From Candidatus Levyibacteriota bacterium (GTDB taxonomy: Bacteria > Patescibacteriota > Microgenomatia > Levybacterales > UBA12049), in the NCBI GenBank assembly GCA_016182185.1, contig JACOXU010000003.1, positions 57,974-121,973 on the forward strand: a DNA stretch of 64,000 nt. Reading direction: 5' to 3'. The translations under genes and the position numbers were made by a program. Positions 47,691-58,343 of this stretch are shown here, in pieces. The notes under the pieces were generated by a model. That model worked only from the letters and a program-made list of their open reading frames with translations, ran no database searches and had not been told where the DNA came from. Numbering within the stretch: the first letter of the stretch is position 1; each line of letters opens with the position of its first letter.

Positions 47691-48416
47691 TTAATCTTTT
47701 TCCTTTTGTTCACTTTCGCCCTCATGTCCTCCTTTTTTTTCAATCTTATTATTTTCTTCTTCATGCGAGGTTTGAGCTGATTTAACTTCAATTTTTATGG
47801 ATTCTCCTCTATTTTGATCTTCATCGTGTATCTCTAATATCTTATTTTCAGTTTTTTCTATTGCCTCTTCTATCTTTTTCTTATTTTTTTCAACGCTTGC
47901 TTCTTTTGCCTCCTCAAGATTCTTTTTTGACTCCTCTATTTTAACACTATTGGTACTCTTAGTTTCTAATTCCTTACTGTAATTATCCAAAGTTTTCTGA
48001 AGAAGCCCAGAATCCTTCTTTTGCTCGCTTAAAGACTTTATCTCTTCACTTCTTCTCTTGAGAATCTCATTATTAAACGAGGGATTAACAGTTTTTATGA
48101 TATTTTCGGAGAGAATTTTTACCGGATAAAGGGGTTGTCCCGGTAAGCTTTTTTGAGCGCTTACTGTACCTGCAATCAGGATAAATAACAGAAACGTAAA
48201 CAATAATGCAGGTATATAAATTTGCGAATAAAAGAATTTTTCTTTTTTTTGATTTGACAACTTATTTAGATACGCTTTTTTGAAATTTTCTGAACGATTA
48301 ATACCTGAAGTTTTTTTAACCATATTAATGACGTCAAATAATTCATCTTTCTCATCAGGCGTTATGCCTTCTGTCTCAAGTTCTCTAATTAATTGATCTT
48401 CAAAATCCTTATTCAT
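47691..48416 (-). CDS. putative anti-sigma factor (DUF5667-like)
   Basis: TM then AQKSLPGQPLYPVK..SE; overlaps the ECF sigma stop. Confidence 0.7.
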   Translation of the reverse strand: MNKDFEDQLIRELETEGITPDEKDELFDVINMVKKTSGINRSENFKKAYLNKLSNQKKEKFFYSQIYIPALLFTFLLFILIAGTVSAQKSLPGQPLYPVKILSENIIKTVNPSFNNEILKRRSEEIKSLSEQKKDSGLLQKTLDNYSKELETKSTNSVKIEESKKNLEEAKEASVEKNKKKIEEAIEKTENKILEIHDEDQNRGESIKIEVKSAQTSHEEENNKIEKKGGHEGESEQKEKD

Positions 48417-48909
48417 TTTTGATGACCTCTCTTAATTTCCGAAGAGCTCTGTATTGCAAAACTCTTACATTTACTTCTGTTAAGCCCGAAATTTCCCCCA
48501 CTTCTTTGGCTGACAATTCCTCCATAAATCTCAATATTATAATTTCTTTTAAATTTTCAGGCAGCAATTTAATTGCATCACGCAGTTTTCTGATTTCATC
48601 ATCGTTTTGAATTTTTTCAATAAAATCTTCATCATACGAAGGCTCTATCCCCGCCTCAATTGATGTCTCCAAAGACATCTCATTTCTATTTTTATTTTTT
48701 CTCCAGTAATCAATAAGTAAGTTTCTTGCTACTCTATAAAGAAAAGCTTGCGAAAAATCCGGCTTGAATCTTTTCCAGTTCTTCCAAACTCTGGCAAACA
48801 CTTCTCCTGTGAAATCCTCAGCAAGATACGGATCTCCTGTCTGCCAGTAAAAATATTTGTAAATTTTGTCTGAAAATTGTAAATATAATTCATCAAAGCT
48901 ATCTCGCAT
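48409..48909 (-). CDS. ECF RNA polymerase sigma factor
   Basis: AEDFTGEVF, FLYRVARNLLIDYWR, LRF.EELS.KE, VRVLQYRALRKLR. Confidence 0.92.
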   Translation of the reverse strand: MRDSFDELYLQFSDKIYKYFYWQTGDPYLAEDFTGEVFARVWKNWKRFKPDFSQAFLYRVARNLLIDYWRKNKNRNEMSLETSIEAGIEPSYDEDFIEKIQNDDEIRKLRDAIKLLPENLKEIIILRFMEELSAKEVGEISGLTEVNVRVLQYRALRKLREVIKNE

Positions 48910-48929
48910 CTGCGTATTGTAGCATAATA

Positions 48930-48958
48930 TGTAACGAAAAATTTTATCTTTCGTTATA
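48930..48958. promoter_or_regulatory. palindromic ECF-type promoter, usable in both directions
   Basis: GTAAC-N16-CGTTA on + and ATAAC-N16-CGTTA on -. Confidence 0.55.
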
Positions 48959-48969
48959 TGTTTTAAATC

Positions 48970-49662
48970 GTGAGAAAAGCATCAATAATCATCGGACTTT
49001 CTGCATTAATAATATTTCTTCTTGTTTCAAATGAGTTAACTTTTGCCAAGAACGATGAAAACAATAAAAATAAGAATGAAGTAAAAATTGAGACTCAAAT
49101 AGAATCCAAGTCACACGGTCCCTCAAACAAAAGCATCGAAAATAAGCAAAAAATCGAAATAGAAATTGAAAATGATGAGGGCGAAAATGAAATAGAGATA
49201 GAAAATAATCAAAAAATCAAAGTACAAATAAATAAAAATAGATTTGAAATTCGGGGAATCGTCTCAGATGTTGGTACATCTTCTTTTGTAATAAACGGAC
49301 AGTTAATAAATATCGATCCTGCGATGGTTAAAAATATACATATGAGAGGCTTGTTGGTCAATGGCGCTTTTGTTCAAACAGAAGGAGTAGTTTTAAATGG
49401 CGTACTGTTTGCCCAGAATATCAAGGTCAAAGGTAATCTGCAGATTTCCCCATCAATAACTCAAACTCCGAGCGTAACCCCCAATGTGACTCCGGAAATT
49501 ACACCGACTGACACTCCAACCGCTACTCCAAGCGTAACTCCAGCTTCGGAATCTCAAATTTCTTTAAATGCAAAAATCAAAGGCATATTTACTTTAGATC
49601 AACTCTCGGTGATTTTTGAAGGAATATTAAATTCAATAAAATCTGCTCTGGGAGTTATCTAA
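48970..49662 (+). CDS. secreted DUF5666-like protein
   Basis: Signal peptide, FEIRGIV...FVING...VQTEG...AQNIKV, PT-rich tail. Confidence 0.65.
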   Translation: MRKASIIIGLSALIIFLLVSNELTFAKNDENNKNKNEVKIETQIESKSHGPSNKSIENKQKIEIEIENDEGENEIEIENNQKIKVQINKNRFEIRGIVSDVGTSSFVINGQLINIDPAMVKNIHMRGLLVNGAFVQTEGVVLNGVLFAQNIKVKGNLQISPSITQTPSVTPNVTPEITPTDTPTATPSVTPASESQISLNAKIKGIFTLDQLSVIFEGILNSIKSALGVI

Positions 49663-49726
49663 TAATCGGCAGGATTGCAATTGGAAGACCCATTTGAATT
49701 AATTTTCAAATGAGTCTTTTTCTGTT

Positions 49727-50104
49727 TTAGGGATTAGCAGATATTGTTGGGGGCTGAATCGGTAATTCGTCTTCTTCGTCTGTTTCGATATAAATATTCA
49801 ATTCTTTTCGAGTTTTTTCTGACCAAACTACTATTTCTTGCCCCTTCTCTATCCTTATTGGTTTTTGAGGATCTATAAGTCTTCCCTCTTCATCATCTTC
49901 ACTTTCATAAAATCTAACTTTGGAATTTTTTTGACTTTTAATAAAAACTCCGCCACCATTTCCATCCTGATCACAAATTATTAAAACTTTTGGGAGGCCA
50001 GAATAAATGAATTTTTTGCTATCATTTGGACCGACACTGTCAGACTCCAATAGCGGATCTGGCCCCCTTCTTCGTACAAAAAATAAATCTGCTTCAATTG
50101 TCAT
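49727..50104 (-). CDS. hypothetical protein
   Basis: 125-aa ORF; TGATATAAT just upstream. Confidence 0.55.
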   Translation of the reverse strand: MTIEADLFFVRRRGPDPLLESDSVGPNDSKKFIYSGLPKVLIICDQDGNGGGVFIKSQKNSKVRFYESEDDEEGRLIDPQKPIRIEKGQEIVVWSEKTRKELNIYIETDEEDELPIQPPTISANP

Positions 50105-50175
50105 AATTGTCGATTATATCACAATGATGGGATTATTTTATAGTTATTTATTTAAAAACTAAGAGTAGAATGGCG

Positions 50176-50709
50176 TTAAAATGAGGCGGCGTCTTGATCA
50201 TTCTGGCTAAGATCTGCTCCGACTGCGTCCGGATCGGTCTTATCTACTTCTTTAAGTGCATTTTCTACATCCTGTTGACTACTGATCGGCTGTTCTGAAA
50301 CGATTCCCTGATCTTCAGGTGTCGGACTCACTACTTGCGCCTGAGGCGTCGGAACAGGCTGATTATTTGTTTTATTGCTACTGCCTGAGATCATAATAAT
50401 TAAAATAAAAATAATAAGTACTGCAACCGCCCCAATGATAAGAAGTAAAAGCTTATTGTCGCGGACAGGAGCTTGATCATTTGATCCTTGATCAACCTGG
50501 TTGGGGCTTACAGCAGGCGGATCTGAAGGATTAACTGATGGTGGATCAGCTGGTGCTTGAGCTGTGACTGGTGGAGCTTCCCCAATAGGCTCGGAATTAC
50601 CTACAGGCACTCCCATGGGATGATTTTCAGAAGTCTGACTTTCTCCCTGATCATTCACCGGCTGTGCAGCTCCTGGTGTATTATTTAAATTGTTTTCTTG
50701 ATTATCCAT
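50176..50709 (-). CDS. hypothetical single-TM protein
   Basis: Disordered P/Q/N-rich N-terminus, TM, PTP linker. Confidence 0.65.
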   Translation of the reverse strand: MDNQENNLNNTPGAAQPVNDQGESQTSENHPMGVPVGNSEPIGEAPPVTAQAPADPPSVNPSDPPAVSPNQVDQGSNDQAPVRDNKLLLLIIGAVAVLIIFILIIMISGSSNKTNNQPVPTPQAQVVSPTPEDQGIVSEQPISSQQDVENALKEVDKTDPDAVGADLSQNDQDAASF

Positions 50710-50722
50710 AACTTACTTTAAA

Positions 50723-51415
50723 TTATAATGTTGGTACAGCCGTTGGTAAAACAGTTGGCAAAACTGTCGGTTCGATGGTCGGTGTCGCTGACCCAGTCGC
50801 CGTTCCGCCACCGGCTCCTCTTATTGATGCAATTGCAACTATAAGATTTCTAACAGATGTTTTGTAAGCTTTAAGTCCCGGAATAATTGCTCTTATATCT
50901 TGTTTGAATTGATCAAGCTGTCCTTTGGGATCATCTCCTTCGCAATTAAAGTTATCCACATCACTTTGAGCCGCTTCAAGAAGCGGAGTTATTGCATTCT
51001 TCTTGGTCTGTATATCCAAGATTAAAGCATCAAAATTTGCGAGTATCCTTCCCTGAGGCACTAATCTTGATTGATAGTAATTGGTTATTCTTGTAACAAT
51101 TGAGTCAAATACTGCGATAATCCGATTTACATGATTAACCATATTGGCAGAACGGTTTGTAATAATTTTCTCCTTAACTTGACAGACTCTTAATTTTGCC
51201 TGATCCAAACGAATCTTAAGAAGCGGTTTCCTACTGCCTGCTTTTGAAGCTGTTGTTCCTGTTTCACTTGAGGAAAGTTTTTTAGTAAGTCCCGGTGGAG
51301 TATTTGGTCTTTTTGTATTATCCGGCATTCCGGTTACTGCAAAAACTGATGAAGAATTGACCAATAAAATAAAAAGAGTAGATATAGTAAGAGTTAACTT
51401 AAAAAATTTCAGCAT
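50723..51415 (-). CDS. secreted helical hypothetical protein
   Basis: Signal peptide, PPGL motif, two Cys, (PTVL)n tail. Confidence 0.65.
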   Translation of the reverse strand: MLKFFKLTLTISTLFILLVNSSSVFAVTGMPDNTKRPNTPPGLTKKLSSSETGTTASKAGSRKPLLKIRLDQAKLRVCQVKEKIITNRSANMVNHVNRIIAVFDSIVTRITNYYQSRLVPQGRILANFDALILDIQTKKNAITPLLEAAQSDVDNFNCEGDDPKGQLDQFKQDIRAIIPGLKAYKTSVRNLIVAIASIRGAGGGTATGSATPTIEPTVLPTVLPTAVPTL

Positions 51416-51538
51416 ATAATATTAATAGCATACAAAAATTATTAATTCAATGTCAAGATATTAAACTATTAAAAATTTCCAAGAAAACAACTGCTTATTA
51501 ATATCGATAAGCATTATAATTTTACTAACTCCTCAAGC

Positions 51539-52006
51539 TTATTCTTCTACTGTAAGCGTGCCTTCCATTCCCATTGCTCTGTGATTACCGACAGAACAAT
51601 AATATTTAAAAGTTCCTGCTTGGTCTGCAGTAAATTCAACAGCTTCTTCTTCTCCAGCATTTAGAACTTGCGTCTTCACATCAAACTCATCTATAACAAA
51701 ATCGTGATTACCCTGCGCATTTTTGAAGAGTATTTTGACTTTCTGACCCTTTTTGACCGTAATTGTCTTAAGATCAAATTTAAACGGACTTCCCACCACA
51801 GTAATCTCCTTTACTTCACCAGACATAGCAGAATCGGTTGCTTCTTTTTCTGTAACACTTCCGGTTATAACAGCTGTTGGTTCTGCCTGAGTACTTGAAG
51901 GCGCATTTTGAGTTGATGGAGAACTTTTTATTAAAAATGCGCCAGCGATTACTACAGCCGCAACAATTATCAATCCTAATATTAAGTTTTTATTCATTAC
52001 TTTCAC
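51539..52006 (-). CDS. cupredoxin-domain protein
   Basis: HDFVI, YYCSVGNHRAMGMEG type-1 copper ligands. Confidence 0.88.
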   Translation of the reverse strand: MKVMNKNLILGLIIVAAVVIAGAFLIKSSPSTQNAPSSTQAEPTAVITGSVTEKEATDSAMSGEVKEITVVGSPFKFDLKTITVKKGQKVKILFKNAQGNHDFVIDEFDVKTQVLNAGEEEAVEFTADQAGTFKYYCSVGNHRAMGMEGTLTVEE

Positions 52007-52138
52007 CCCCTCCCATTAGAATATTAAATATAAAATAACTTTCAAAGCGAGAAATAAATTCTTTCGCTGGACGCAAGTGAATTACGGGTCCAAGAAAAAA
52101 TTTGATTTCGAGCGATTACCACAATTAACCTCAGTGTA

Positions 52139-53182
52139 TTATTTTAAGTATTTGTCAAAAAATTCAATAGATCTTTGCATTGCTATATTGAAACTATTTG
52201 AAATGTTATGATTGTCTCCATCGTATGTATAAAGCTCGACTGTTTTGCCAGCTTCTTTCATCTGTTTTTCCAGCGTCTGTGAAAATTCTACAGGGACGGA
52301 TTCATCGGCTGTCCCATGATGAAGTTGGATAGGTCCTGAAATATCAGAAAGATAAGAATTTGCAGAAATCGAATTCCAAAAATCAGGATTGTCTTGAGGA
52401 TCACCAAATTTCTCAATAAACAATTTTCTCCATCCTCTTGCCTGAGGAGTAGAAGGCGTAGGTCCGCCTCTTCTCCATCGGGTCAAAAGATCTGGGTATG
52501 ATGTCACTACTCCTGCCCAGATTACACCTACCTTTATATCTTTTCGAACTACCATGTTTCGCAAAGTAATAAAACCTCCCATAGAATGTCCCCACATGCC
52601 GATTGCCGAAGGATCAACATCTTTTAATTTTTTTACCGAAGAAACTGCATTAAGAACATCAATTGTATATGAGTTTGATCCATATGATCCCGTAGCGTCA
52701 CCTTCAGACTCTCCATGTCCTCTATAATCAGGCTTAAAGACAACGTATCCGTTTCTGGCAAATCCATCCAGATAAGCCACATATCTTTCAGTAGTTTTAT
52801 ATTGACTAGGTGCTATATAACCATGGTTAAAGATTATCGCCGGCCAGCCCTTTTCGGGTTTTTGTCCATTTGGAATCGTAAGAAGCCCATAGATTTTAAG
52901 TCCTTCTGACTTATATGATGCGACATATCTTTGATAATTACTGCCATTTTCAAGTTCTTCTCCTATTACTATTTCACTACCAGGATAGTCATTTTCTCTT
53001 AATTGCTTAATTGACAATGGGTTAATACTGTCAATTATTTCTCCTTCCTCCATTTGTCCCGAAATATTATCCGTAATATTTTTTGAAGTATTTTTGAAAA
53101 AAGCTGAGGAAGATATAATTAAGGACAATATTACCAGTAATCCCAGTGCGATAATAATTTTCTTAAACATCGGAACTACCAT
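52139..53182 (-). CDS. alpha/beta hydrolase (S9-like peptidase)
   Basis: NHGY, GHSMGG, HGTADESVP, DNHN. Confidence 0.82.
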   Translation of the reverse strand: MVVPMFKKIIIALGLLVILSLIISSSAFFKNTSKNITDNISGQMEEGEIIDSINPLSIKQLRENDYPGSEIVIGEELENGSNYQRYVASYKSEGLKIYGLLTIPNGQKPEKGWPAIIFNHGYIAPSQYKTTERYVAYLDGFARNGYVVFKPDYRGHGESEGDATGSYGSNSYTIDVLNAVSSVKKLKDVDPSAIGMWGHSMGGFITLRNMVVRKDIKVGVIWAGVVTSYPDLLTRWRRGGPTPSTPQARGWRKLFIEKFGDPQDNPDFWNSISANSYLSDISGPIQLHHGTADESVPVEFSQTLEKQMKEAGKTVELYTYDGDNHNISNSFNIAMQRSIEFFDKYLK

Positions 53183-53270
53183 TCTATAATAGTTTTTTTT
53201 GCAAAGTCAAATTTAGCCAATTTGATTGAATTTAAATCGTAATTGGTATATAATTGTGGCTAAAATTTAT

Positions 53271-53687
53271 ATGCCTAGAGAAATCCAAAGCGCTCCTTCA
53301 CAAGAGGGACAACCTAACGAACTAGAGTCAGCATCGGCAGTTTTTCACGGTGAAGAAATTCTCCTTATTAGAGTAAATCGACAAGCTTTACCAAAGTTTG
53401 GCGGCCAAACAGGAAATCAAGTTATCGGTTATATAACTGAATATTATTACGGCAAGATTGGAGATAGGGGGTATATTTTAAGAAGAAAAGAAGCTTTAAG
53501 TCCTGCTATTTTAAATTTCGAAGATTCTGACATTCCCCTGTCGCAACCGGACACTGAAGTATTAATTAGAAATGATGCTGTTAATAAATGGGAGAATCAA
53601 GAACCTGAAAATGCCATGCTTTACAAGGAATTAAAAAGAACTTATGAACAGGGAATCGCAAGAGTGCAGGAATCTAAATCTTCTTAA
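53271..53687 (+). CDS. hypothetical protein (start 53271 preferred)
   Basis: ORF after a TATAAT box; no motif recognised. Confidence 0.5.
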   Translation: MPREIQSAPSQEGQPNELESASAVFHGEEILLIRVNRQALPKFGGQTGNQVIGYITEYYYGKIGDRGYILRRKEALSPAILNFEDSDIPLSQPDTEVLIRNDAVNKWENQEPENAMLYKELKRTYEQGIARVQESKSS

Positions 53688-55071
53688 TTTCGGTTGATCC
53701 GTCTTTTTTATCTTCAATATCAAATCCTAATTTCTTAATTTTATGACGGATTTGATCTGAGAGGTGAAATCTTTTTTTCCTTCTGAGCTTTTCCCGTTCT
53801 TTTACCAGCTCTAAAACTTCATCTGGAATCTTTTCTTCAGTTTTTTTAGTTTTTTTAATATTTTCTAAATCAAGTCCGAGTACCTTATCAAATTTAAATA
53901 AACTTTCTGCTTTCGCACTCGTTGGATAGTCAGACTTGACTAAATCCCAAACGACAGCAAGTGCCTTCGGCATATTTAAATCATCATTTACTGCCTCGAG
54001 AAACTTTTCTTCGTATTCCGCGCATCCTATCTTTGGTTTATCCCAATCGGAAACAATATTTCTTAAATTATTAAGTGCTGTCTGGGCAGCATCGAGCCCA
54101 TCCCAAGTGAAATTCATCTTTGCTTTATAATGAACAGTCATTGCTAAGTATCTGAAGGAAAGTGCTTCAAAACCCTTTTTTTCAATTTCAGAAATCGTAT
54201 ATACATTTCTTTTTGAACGAGACATTTTTTCTCCTTCAATAAGCAGATATCCACCATGAACCCAATAATTAACGAATTTTTGACCGGCAGCTGCCTCGCT
54301 TTGGGCTATTTCATCTTCATGATGTGGAAAAACCAGATCTTCTCCTCCTGTATGAATATCGAATTTGTCCCCAAGGTATTTTATGCTCATAGCGCTACAT
54401 TCAATATGCCAACCGGGAAATCCGGCTCCCCAGGGACTGTCCCATTTCATCAGTCGATCCGGCTCTGCCTTTTTCCAGAGCGCAAAATCAATACTATCTT
54501 TTTTGTCTGTCTCAAAAGATATTCTGACAGCTTTAAACAGATTATCCATCTTGTCCAGTGTATTTCCAGAGAGCAATCCGTAATTTTTAAATTTTTTGAC
54601 GTCAAAATAAACAGTTCCGTCTGTCTCATAGGCAAATCCCTTTTTGATCAAAATCGAAATAATCGCAATCATTTCCTTTATGTGTTCTGAGGCCTTGGGA
54701 TTTATAGTTGCGGGCAAGATATTTATTTTCTTTTCATCTTCAAGATAAATTTTGGTAAAACGTTCTGCAATTTGCTGCGGAGTCTTGCCACTTTTCAAAG
54801 CTTCTTCAATAATCGGATCTATTTGGACATGATGGTGATCTTCTGTAGCTCTCATGTGTCCTACATCAGTAATATTTTTTACATGAATAACCCGATAACC
54901 ATTATAGACAAGGGCACGTCTTAAAATATCTGAAGCCAAATAGGTTCTCAGGTTTCCGATATGAACCTCTCTATAAACCGTTGGCCCACAGGTGTAAATT
55001 CCAACTTTTGCTGGATCAATCGGCTTAAAATCTTCAATTTTTCGAGATAAAGTATTGTAAAATCTTAACAT
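53674..55071 (-). CDS. cysS: cysteine--tRNA ligase
   Basis: [32 protein letters not shown]. Confidence 0.97.
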   Translation of the reverse strand: MLRFYNTLSRKIEDFKPIDPAKVGIYTCGPTVYREVHIGNLRTYLASDILRRALVYNGYRVIHVKNITDVGHMRATEDHHHVQIDPIIEEALKSGKTPQQIAERFTKIYLEDEKKINILPATINPKASEHIKEMIAIISILIKKGFAYETDGTVYFDVKKFKNYGLLSGNTLDKMDNLFKAVRISFETDKKDSIDFALWKKAEPDRLMKWDSPWGAGFPGWHIECSAMSIKYLGDKFDIHTGGEDLVFPHHEDEIAQSEAAAGQKFVNYWVHGGYLLIEGEKMSRSKRNVYTISEIEKKGFEALSFRYLAMTVHYKAKMNFTWDGLDAAQTALNNLRNIVSDWDKPKIGCAEYEEKFLEAVNDDLNMPKALAVVWDLVKSDYPTSAKAESLFKFDKVLGLDLENIKKTKKTEEKIPDEVLELVKEREKLRRKKRFHLSDQIRHKIKKLGFDIEDKKDGSTEIKKI

Positions 55072-55074
55072 CTT

Positions 55075-55575
55075 TTATCCTGACCTTCCGGGGAATTTTT
55101 CAACTCTCAGCTTTGCTCTTTGGATTGCCAAGGGTGGCGGTTTCTTTCTTTCTTTTTTCTGAATTTCAATCACTTCTTCTTGCTTTTCCTTTTCGACTTT
55201 TTCTGCCGGGCGCTCCTCTTCAGTCGGTTTCTTGGAATTAACCAATGGATCATAGTAAACTTCATCGTGTAATTTTTTTCTAAGCTCCATTAACTTTTGT
55301 TTATCTTCAACGGAAGTGGTATCTTGATTTTGTTTTTGCTGCTGCGCTTGCTGACTACCTGTAATTGACCCAGGATTGATATTTTTTTTATCATCATTTA
55401 TGCCATATAAATTCTTTACAATATCTTTATCAGAAGCTAAATTTCCTCTTCCTGTAATTTGAGAGGCTGTTGCTTTGACTGTAGCAGAAGCTGTCTTTGA
55501 AACCGCTTTTGCGCTTTTTTGGGCCATTGATCCGCCGGTCTCAAGAATTTCACCTATTACTCCCTTTTTATTCAT
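55075..55575 (-). CDS. hypothetical protein
   Basis: Overlaps recR stop; charged and low complexity. Confidence 0.6.
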   Translation of the reverse strand: MNKKGVIGEILETGGSMAQKSAKAVSKTASATVKATASQITGRGNLASDKDIVKNLYGINDDKKNINPGSITGSQQAQQQKQNQDTTSVEDKQKLMELRKKLHDEVYYDPLVNSKKPTEEERPAEKVEKEKQEEVIEIQKKERKKPPPLAIQRAKLRVEKFPGRSG

Positions 55576-56209
55576 AAATCCTTCTTCCCTCAAGAGCATT
55601 CCTTAAGGTTACATCGTCTGCGTATTCAAGATCTGCTCCAATCGGCAACCCCCTGCCAATTCTGGTAATTTTAACAGTTTTGAGTTTTGAGTTTTGAGTT
55701 TTGAGTTCGCCAAATTTCTTGGCGATGTACATTGCCGTTGCTTCGCCCTCCATTGTTGGATTTGTCGCCAAAATTACCTCTTGAATAAGTGATCCCGAAC
55801 CGTTTGACGATTTTTTCACCCTGTCAATTAGCTGCTTTATATAAATTTCATCTGGTCCAATATTGTTCAGAGGATCAATCTTTCCATGTAATACGTGGTA
55901 TAGCCCGTTATATTTTCTGCTTCGCTCAAGTGAAATCACATCCAGAGGTTGCTCCACTACGCATATAATTGAATTGTCTCTCTTCTCATCACTACAGATA
56001 GAACAGGGGTCAGTTTCTGCAATAGTAAAACACTCGGAACAAAGTACAGTATCTTTCTTAAGATTCTGAACTGAGGCTGAGAATTTATCAAGTTCGCCTT
56101 GCGGAACATGAAGAAGATAAAAAGTCAGCCTCTGTGCGGTCTTGGGCCCAATACCCGGTAATTTTTCAAATGATTCAATAAGATTTTGAATTGCTTTTGG
56201 AATCCGCAT
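55568..56209 (-). CDS. recR: recombination mediator RecR
   Basis: LPGIGPKTAQR, C4 zinc finger, ICVVE, YHVLHG, EGEATA. Confidence 0.97.
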   Translation of the reverse strand: MRIPKAIQNLIESFEKLPGIGPKTAQRLTFYLLHVPQGELDKFSASVQNLKKDTVLCSECFTIAETDPCSICSDEKRDNSIICVVEQPLDVISLERSRKYNGLYHVLHGKIDPLNNIGPDEIYIKQLIDRVKKSSNGSGSLIQEVILATNPTMEGEATAMYIAKKFGELKTQNSKLKTVKITRIGRGLPIGADLEYADDVTLRNALEGRRIYE

Positions 56210-56295
56210 AAAATTTCTAATTACTTTAATTTCTAATTAACCTAAATAAATTCTAAAAGCAAAATTTAGAAATTAGGTCAATTAGGTTAATTAGG

Positions 56296-57330
56296 TCAAT
56301 TTTTTCCTAGTTCTTTTGCTATTTTTCCGCTGACTGATAATATTTCCAGTTTATCAAACCCCTTCTCTCTTGGTACATTTATTGAATCTGTAACATAAAT
56401 CTTTGAAACTTTTGAGCTCTCTAAAATGTTTTTTGCATCATTTGACAGAACTGGATGAGTTACAAAAACTAGAATTTTTTCTATGCTATTTTTTCTAAGA
56501 AGGTCTGCTGCTGCTGCAATTGTCCTGCCGGTTGAAATCATATCATCGACAATAATAGCGGTTTTAACTCCTTTTTTCCATTCTTGACCAGAAACATCTA
56601 CTCTGTTTGATTCTATATTTCCTGTCGCAAGATCTCTGTCTTTAATAATTGAGACATAAGACATATTATCAAGCATTTCTGACAATAATTTAATTCGTCT
56701 TATTCCGCCCATGTCGGGAGAGACGAGGATCGTATCGTTGATGCGCGGGGAGCTTTCAAAATTTTCATTGCGAGCATTTACGCTATCTGACTTTGGGATT
56801 TCGGATGAAACTTTTCTCGCGTTGCGAACAGGAAAATTTTCGCGAGCGACCTCAGCACTCCTCAGAATTTCTTTTATTTTCTCTGCAAAAATTGGCAGAG
56901 CAGATAGATGAACAATCGGAATAGAAAATAGTTCAGGGATTTTGACTGAATGAAGGTCAAGCGTTATAAGACGATTCATTCCAACGCTCTCAAGAGTTTC
57001 AACAATCACTTCAAGAGACACTGCCTCACCGTCTCTGAAGATATGGTCTTGTCTCTGATACCCAAGATATGGAACAACGGCAGTAACAGTTTTGGCTCCG
57101 CTTCTTTTGAGTGCATCAACTATAAAAAATAATTCCATGTAACAATCATTGGGATTTGGAGAAGTAGTTTGGATCACAACAGTATCCTCATTTATTACTT
57201 TATCAACAACTCTTACTCTTTTTTCCCCATCTGGGAAAATATCAATTTCAAGAGGAGATAAGCTGATTTTTAATTCTTTGGCAATTTTTTCTGCCAATGG
57301 CTTATTGGAGCTACCAGAAAAGATCTTCAC
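56296..57330 (-). CDS. prs: ribose-phosphate pyrophosphokinase with in-frame ~38-aa insertion
   Basis: FPDGE, PYLGYQRQD, DLHS, VSPDMGG, VDDMISTGRT. Confidence 0.95.
   Translation of the reverse strand: MKIFSGSSNKPLAEKIAKELKISLSPLEIDIFPDGEKRVRVVDKVINEDTVVIQTTSPNPNDCYMELFFIVDALKRSGAKTVTAVVPYLGYQRQDHIFRDGEAVSLEVIVETLESVGMNRLITLDLHSVKIPELFSIPIVHLSALPIFAEKIKEILRSAEVARENFPVRNARKVSSEIPKSDSVNARNENFESSPRINDTILVSPDMGGIRRIKLLSEMLDNMSYVSIIKDRDLATGNIESNRVDVSGQEWKKGVKTAIIVDDMISTGRTIAAAADLLRKNSIEKILVFVTHPVLSNDAKNILESSKVSKIYVTDSINVPREKGFDKLEILSVSGKIAKELGKN
56742..56857. repeat. palindromic element in-frame in prs
   Basis: Arms AAAATTTTC/GAAAATTTT; encodes AEVARENFPVRNARK...ENFESSPR. Confidence 0.88.
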
Positions 57331-57363
57331 AAGTTTAATTGTACTATGAAGTCCTTATTTTTT

Positions 57364-58284
57364 CTAGACAGAAGGTTGATCTGATCCTCTTTTTTTTTGA
57401 TGGTATCTCTTCACGCTCTCTGAGATTTTCTGTCTCATTTTTTTAGTCCTTCTTAAAATGCGTTTTCTTTTTTTAGAATCCGAGAAAACTAGTTGCGCTG
57501 CTTCTTTTTTTGTTCTTAAAGGAATTCCCGCTGCTTTCATCCATTTAATCACTGTGTCTATCTTAATTTCTAACTTCCCGGCAATTTCCGGCAATGACCT
57601 ATTCTTACCCCAATATTCATTGTATAGAACCTCATTTATTGGCTTTCCATATCTTCTTTCTACATCTTTTAGCTTGGTGCTTCTAATCGGCTCTGAAATT
57701 TTAATCTCTATACCGAACTTATCGCACCAATCGCCAATAACCCTATGACTCTTGCCAAGTTTCTGACCAATCTCTCTTCTGCTAAAGCCCCTTGAGGCGT
57801 AATCCAGTAAAATTTGTTCTATGGGCCTCCCATGTTTATTTTCTATCTCAGTCATCGCAGGAGTTTTTTTAATAGGCGGTCTCTCGCTTGGAATTGCCTT
57901 ATCGAGTTTTTTATATGCTTTGTCTCTAAGTTTAGCGACTGCTTCTCTTGAGATACCACCCATTTGTCTACCTATTTTTCTTAGGCTAGACGGCAATCCT
58001 TCCTCGGGATGTATTAAATTAATTACGTCTCGTTGTCTTTCTGTCAACGTGTTAATTATTCCAGTTTCTCTGGCTTGAAAGATAAGACCGTTTCTAATTG
58101 CATGCTGATCTCCGCCAAGATTTTCTCTACGTCTAACAACACCAACATCGCTATTTGGAAGACTTGAGATACTTACTCTTGATGTATCCTGACTAGATTC
58201 ATTTAAGATAACTCCACTAGGCCGAAAAGGCTTGACAGCGAATTTATGGTGCTCTAAACCTGGTTGTAATTCGTGTTTTGACAT
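57364..58284 (-). CDS. multi-HTH DNA-binding protein (sigma70 region 4-like plus two HTH repeats)
   Basis: LTERQRDVI...SLRKIGRQMGGISREAV; GFSRREIGQKLG..W..FGI; RSLPEIAGKLE..WM..GI. Confidence 0.6.
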   Translation of the reverse strand: MSKHELQPGLEHHKFAVKPFRPSGVILNESSQDTSRVSISSLPNSDVGVVRRRENLGGDQHAIRNGLIFQARETGIINTLTERQRDVINLIHPEEGLPSSLRKIGRQMGGISREAVAKLRDKAYKKLDKAIPSERPPIKKTPAMTEIENKHGRPIEQILLDYASRGFSRREIGQKLGKSHRVIGDWCDKFGIEIKISEPIRSTKLKDVERRYGKPINEVLYNEYWGKNRSLPEIAGKLEIKIDTVIKWMKAAGIPLRTKKEAAQLVFSDSKKRKRILRRTKKMRQKISESVKRYHQKKRGSDQPSV

Positions 58285-58343
58285 ATGGACTAAAAAGTCA
58301 ATGATAAGTAAATTTATTGGTCAAGAATAGGAGTATGTTAACT

